Below are positions 60,330 to 64,000 of a stretch of 64,000 nt of DNA, in pieces (the first letter of the stretch is position 1; each line of letters opens with the position of its first letter). The DNA lies in the IMG/VR virus record IMGVR_UViG_3300016471_000863; one strand, 5' to 3'. The DNA is from a virus. The notes beneath the pieces were generated by a model. The model ran no database searches. It had not been told where the DNA came from and saw nothing but the letters and a program-made list of their open reading frames with translations. Position numbers and translations under genes: made by a program.

Positions 60330-61553
60330 TCATCCATAATCCTTTGTCCAGGTATAAGTATAACCTTCTCTTGACGAGCCAACATATCCGGGTGCAAATG
60401 AGCCGGTCCATGGTAAAGTTAGTTTTCTATTTGTGATATTTGTATTTCCTCCCAAAACAAATCTGGATAAATCTTGAGTTACGGTATAACTTTGCGCTCC
60501 TATAATACCCTTAAACATATCAATAGTTCCGAGAAAGCCAAAATAGGGAGTTTCTGCAACTCCTACATATACCGGAAATTCGTCAAATTTACCTATTAAT
60601 AGGTTAGGCTGATATGTAGTTGAAATAAAGTTTGACATTACTTGAAGTATTCCTGCTCTTGAACCGCTTACCATTATACCAATCGGAACCCCGACGCCGC
60701 CTTGTGGATCAAAGGAAGTACCAGCAGTATCTCCAAATGCTGTATTTGTAAAAAAAGTATCCGTGGCTGAATAGCCGGTATACATAATAAATCCTTTTGT
60801 CCCGCCTGCAATGCCAGAACCACTTAAAGAAGGATTTAAATCAAATGCTCCAAAATATCTAATGTCAATACCACGACTATAATTCCAATCGCTCCCGGCA
60901 TACATTCCATCCCCATCATATATGTAGTGATTAGTTGCTTGATTTGTTGTTCCAATTTGAGCAACGGTGACTGTCATGCTGTTATTCCTTGATGTAGTAT
61001 GAGAACCACCCAAATCATTGCTTCTTGGTAAAACATACATAGTTCTATCGGTAGAGCCGGGAACCCATCTTGGATTTGCTGCCGTGGAGTTGCCGTCACT
61101 AATCGTTCCATTCCACGGATTAAAGGAAGTTGAACCAGAAAAACATGCAGCGGTTTGGATTATAACACCTCTAAATTGAAAATTATTTGCTATATTAGTA
61201 GAGCCGCCATTTACAATTGGTTGATTAAATGTTTCGTTAGCAACGGCGGCACTTCCGCTAACAACTTGCACATACATATACCAATCCCATGGACGTTCTG
61301 TATTGCTTTTCATTCTCCAAAGTGAATGTGCCCCTAAACCAAAAGGTCTTGCTCCATCCCAATAGGTTCTTGTATCAAAACTTCCGGAAACTGCTCCACT
61401 TCCACTATTCCAAGATACTAAATCTGCTACACCGGAGCCAGTCAAATAACTCATAAAATCCATTAATGATTTATATTGTTCATTTGCTATATTTTCTTTG
61501 TTAACTGGATTTGAAATGCAGTTTAGTTTTGCATAATATGTTTTAGTTGTCAT
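60330..61553 (-). CDS. Putative virion surface/fibre protein, tandem paralogue 1
   Basis: Shared motifs SWNSGS, RTYWDG, CFSGST, YVLPRSND, DEFPV, PWTGS, YTWTKDYG. Confidence 0.6.
   Translation of the reverse strand: MTTKTYYAKLNCISNPVNKENIANEQYKSLMDFMSYLTGSGVADLVSWNSGSGAVSGSFDTRTYWDGARPFGLGAHSLWRMKSNTERPWDWYMYVQVVSGSAAVANETFNQPIVNGGSTNIANNFQFRGVIIQTAACFSGSTSFNPWNGTISDGNSTAANPRWVPGSTDRTMYVLPRSNDLGGSHTTSRNNSMTVTVAQIGTTNQATNHYIYDGDGMYAGSDWNYSRGIDIRYFGAFDLNPSLSGSGIAGGTKGFIMYTGYSATDTFFTNTAFGDTAGTSFDPQGGVGVPIGIMVSGSRAGILQVMSNFISTTYQPNLLIGKFDEFPVYVGVAETPYFGFLGTIDMFKGIIGAQSYTVTQDLSRFVLGGNTNITNRKLTLPWTGSFAPGYVGSSREGYTYTWTKDYG
61209..61268. repeat. 60-bp exact direct repeat, copy 1 (copy 2 at 63693-63752)
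   Basis: atttacaattggttgattaaatgtttcgttagcaacggcggcacttccgctaacaacttg is present at both sites. Confidence 0.85.
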
Positions 61554-61556
61554 AAA

Positions 61557-62810
61557 TCATCCGTAATTTTTTGTCCAGGTGTAGTTGGAACCGGTTCTGC
61601 TTGTGCTGACGCCGATAGCTACCGAGCCGGTCCATGGTATTGATATTTTATTATCTGTTAAAGTAGTTGTGCCGCCAACTATTGCTCTGCTGAAATCATC
61701 TTTCATATCATGTGTTTGAAGATCGTTAACATATCTAACTAATCCATGGTTCATATTTCCCAAATAACCTGCACTTCCACCTTCTGAACTGCCAACATAT
61801 ACTGGAAATTCATCATAAGTGCTTGTCAATGTGTTTGGTTGATATGTTGCCCCTAAAAAGTTTGCAATACTTTGTGGCACGCCAATTTTGGAACCATTTA
61901 TCATCCTTCCCACTGGAACAGCCACGCCTCCTTCAGTATTTAAACTAGTTCCAGCAATACTTCCAAAGCTTGTATTTATTGGAATAGAATTTGCTATATT
62001 TGCCTGAAATTCACATGCTAAAAATCCATAGTCTGATCCACATATGCCTGAAGCAGTTAAAATATTTCGTAGTTCAAATCCGCCAACATATGAAAAAGCA
62101 TAGGTATTATCGTTCCCAGCATCTTTTGCTACAAATAATGCATCTCCGTCATATATAAAATGATATCGCATTGCAGTGTCTGATGTGGTATGGACGCTTG
62201 CTAACATGATGGCATTTTGTTTTCCCGTGCTTGTAGCGCCCTCTGCATCATTACTTCGTGGAAGAACATAAAGGGTTCTGTTGTTTGCTCCAGAAACCCA
62301 TCTAATAGATCCATTTCCAGCCCCTTGAGAAGCATTTCCGGAACCATCCGATAAAGATCCATTCCATGAATTAAAAAATGTAGAACCAGAAAAGCAGACT
62401 GCTGCCTGCATTAATATTCCAACATAACTTTGATTACCCGCTGGCGCATCAAAGCCGTTTGCATACCCATCTATAGGAGTATTAAATGCATATCTTAGAG
62501 CAGAATTGTTTCCGCTAACAACTTGAGTATATAAATACCATTCCCAATTTCTTGTAGAGCTGGTATGAAATCTCCAAAGAGTATGGGAACCTAAGCCAAA
62601 CGGATTTGCCCCATCCCAATAAGTTCTTGCATCAAAACTTCCTGATACAGCGCCGCTCCCGCTATTCCATGAAACAAGTGTTGCAACATTAGAACCGGTA
62701 AGATAACTCATGAAATCGCAGAAAGATTTATAATATTCGCCAGTAGCATTTGCAGATGCTGCAACGCTTGTAAAACAATCTAATTTTCCGTAATATGTTT
62801 TAGTTGCCAT
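61557..62810 (-). CDS. Putative virion surface/fibre protein, tandem paralogue 2
   Basis: Same motif set as its neighbours. Confidence 0.6.
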   Translation of the reverse strand: MATKTYYGKLDCFTSVAASANATGEYYKSFCDFMSYLTGSNVATLVSWNSGSGAVSGSFDARTYWDGANPFGLGSHTLWRFHTSSTRNWEWYLYTQVVSGNNSALRYAFNTPIDGYANGFDAPAGNQSYVGILMQAAVCFSGSTFFNSWNGSLSDGSGNASQGAGNGSIRWVSGANNRTLYVLPRSNDAEGATSTGKQNAIMLASVHTTSDTAMRYHFIYDGDALFVAKDAGNDNTYAFSYVGGFELRNILTASGICGSDYGFLACEFQANIANSIPINTSFGSIAGTSLNTEGGVAVPVGRMINGSKIGVPQSIANFLGATYQPNTLTSTYDEFPVYVGSSEGGSAGYLGNMNHGLVRYVNDLQTHDMKDDFSRAIVGGTTTLTDNKISIPWTGSVAIGVSTSRTGSNYTWTKNYG

Positions 62811-62813
62811 AAA

Positions 62814-64000
62814 TCAACCATAATCCTTTGTCCAAGTATAATTGGATCCAGTTCTTGCAAACGAAACACCCGGCGCAAAAGATCCAGTCCACGGAACAGA
62901 TACCATTAAATTACCAACTGTTGCGCCAATACCACCAAAAACAGCTCTACTTAAATCTGAAACCGTATCATGTGATAATGGTCCTCTGACAGTTCTATAT
63001 AATCCATAATTTAATTGCCCTAAAAGTCCAAAATTTGGATTTTCATTTACGCCTACCATTACTGGAAACTCATCATATTTTTGCGTAAAATAATTTGGCT
63101 GATATGTTGTAGAACCACCAAACGTTTGAACAATATCGGAAATACCACCTTGTGAGCCAGAAACTAATGTTCCAATCGGAACTCCTATGCCGCCCTGTGG
63201 ATCGAAAGTGGATCCGGCAGTATCTCCAAAAGTTGAAGCAAGTAAAGGAGTATTTGCTGTTTGACCTACATACATTCCAAATCCATATGGACCTCCGCCA
63301 ATCCCAGAACTGGTTAGCGAATTGCGTAATTCAAATGCGCCAACATATTGTGGCGCATATTCAGGAAGAGTAGATATAGGAGTTACAAATAAAAATGCGT
63401 CACCATCAAATAGTATATGATAACGAGCTGACGTTACATTTTGATTAAGAAACGCACCGACGCTATTATTTCTTGATGTAGCATGTGAGCCACCTAAATC
63501 ATTGCTTCTTGGTAAAACATACATATTTCTACTGGTGGACCCAGACACCCATCTTGGATTTGCGGCGGTTGAGTTTCCTTGACTTATGGTTCCATTCCAT
63601 GGATTAAAAGAAGTTGAACCGGAGAAACACACAGCCGCTTGCATGAGTACTCCTCTAAAATTGAAGTTATTAACAAAATTAGCATAACTGTAATTTACAA
63701 TTGGTTGATTAAATGTTTCGTTAGCAACGGCGGCACTTCCGCTAACAACTTGTGCATACATATACCATTCCCAATTTCTTGTAGAACTGGTATTTATTCT
63801 CCATACAGCGTGTGCTCCTCTTCCAAATGGAAGATTACCGTCCCAGAATGTTCTATTTTCAAAAGAACCTGTTGCTGCACTACTCCCACTATTCCAAGTT
63901 ATTAATGTAACTTTATCTGAACCAGAAAGATATGTCATGAAATCGCATAAATTTTTCCATTGTTCGCCAGCAATATGTTCTATATTTGTAGTTGTCGAAT
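62814..64000 (-). CDS. Putative virion surface/fibre protein, tandem paralogue 3 (5' end outside the window)
   Basis: The frame stays open upstream of 63938 (HIAGEQWKNLCDFMTYL aligns with ATGEYYKSFCDFMSYL). Confidence 0.6.
   Translation of the reverse strand, partial: STTTNIEHIAGEQWKNLCDFMTYLSGSDKVTLITWNSGSSAATGSFENRTFWDGNLPFGRGAHAVWRINTSSTRNWEWYMYAQVVSGSAAVANETFNQPIVNYSYANFVNNFNFRGVLMQAAVCFSGSTSFNPWNGTISQGNSTAANPRWVSGSTSRNMYVLPRSNDLGGSHATSRNNSVGAFLNQNVTSARYHILFDGDAFLFVTPISTLPEYAPQYVGAFELRNSLTSSGIGGGPYGFGMYVGQTANTPLLASTFGDTAGSTFDPQGGIGVPIGTLVSGSQGGISDIVQTFGGSTTYQPNYFTQKYDEFPVMVGVNENPNFGLLGQLNYGLYRTVRGPLSHDTVSDLSRAVFGGIGATVGNLMVSVPWTGSFAPGVSFARTGSNYTWTKDYG
63693..63752. repeat. 60-bp exact direct repeat, copy 2
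   Basis: Identical to 61209-61268. Confidence 0.85.

Noticed and set aside
1282-63905. Many short ORFs antisense to or nested in long genes (e.g. 15067..15453, 25102..25458, 54061..54444, 59077..59412)
   Set aside because: They are shadow frames of well-supported genes, with no motifs or RBS.
1-64000. Alternative genetic code (stop-codon reassignment) as in some jumbo phages
   Set aside because: Recognisable genes are full length in code 11, and TAA, TGA and TAG all occur at natural gene ends.
60330-64000. Diversity-generating retroelement TR/VR pair
   Set aside because: There is no reverse transcriptase, the repeats are internal to coding paralogues, and I saw no adenine-specific mismatch pattern.
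1-64000. tRNA, rRNA or group I intron
   Set aside because: Intergenic gaps are short, no cloverleaf was recognised, and no conserved gene is split at the nucleotide level. A covariance-model scan would be needed to exclude them fully.

Overview
This is an AT-rich, gene-dense window, almost entirely on the minus strand, that reads as part of a large (jumbo-type) contractile-tailed phage genome in the standard genetic code. About 0.6-29 kb is a tail/baseplate structural module: gp5-like spike, gp25-like, baseplate J/gp6-like, LamG plus gpI-like wedge, beta-propeller, Fn3-like and tail-collar-like proteins. An antisense free-standing endonuclease interrupts it. About 29.3-31.7 kb encodes a GNAT-like protein, a stand-alone L-type lectin and a gp55/sigma70-like sigma factor. 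About 31.7-55.4 kb is a large glycan-synthesis cluster: about 10 glycosyltransferases, 6 methyltransferase-fold genes, Gmd (split by a LAGLIDADG intein that begins with Thr), Fcl, GME, two further SDR epimerases, and HddA/GmhA/HAD heptose genes. It has no flippase, polymerase or initiating phosphoglycosyl transferase. A Cas4-like nuclease and an IMPDH/GMPR-family gene sit inside its distal end. The rest holds a Prim-Pol, two tandem membrane HEXXH proteins, peptide deformylase, Hsp20 and three mosaic tandem paralogues. The main hypothesis (inference) is a phage-encoded virion O-glycosylation system, because a subset of structural proteins is strongly enriched in [S/T]-G-[S/T] motifs that are nearly absent from the enzymes. 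All product calls come from motif recognition by eye; no database search was run.
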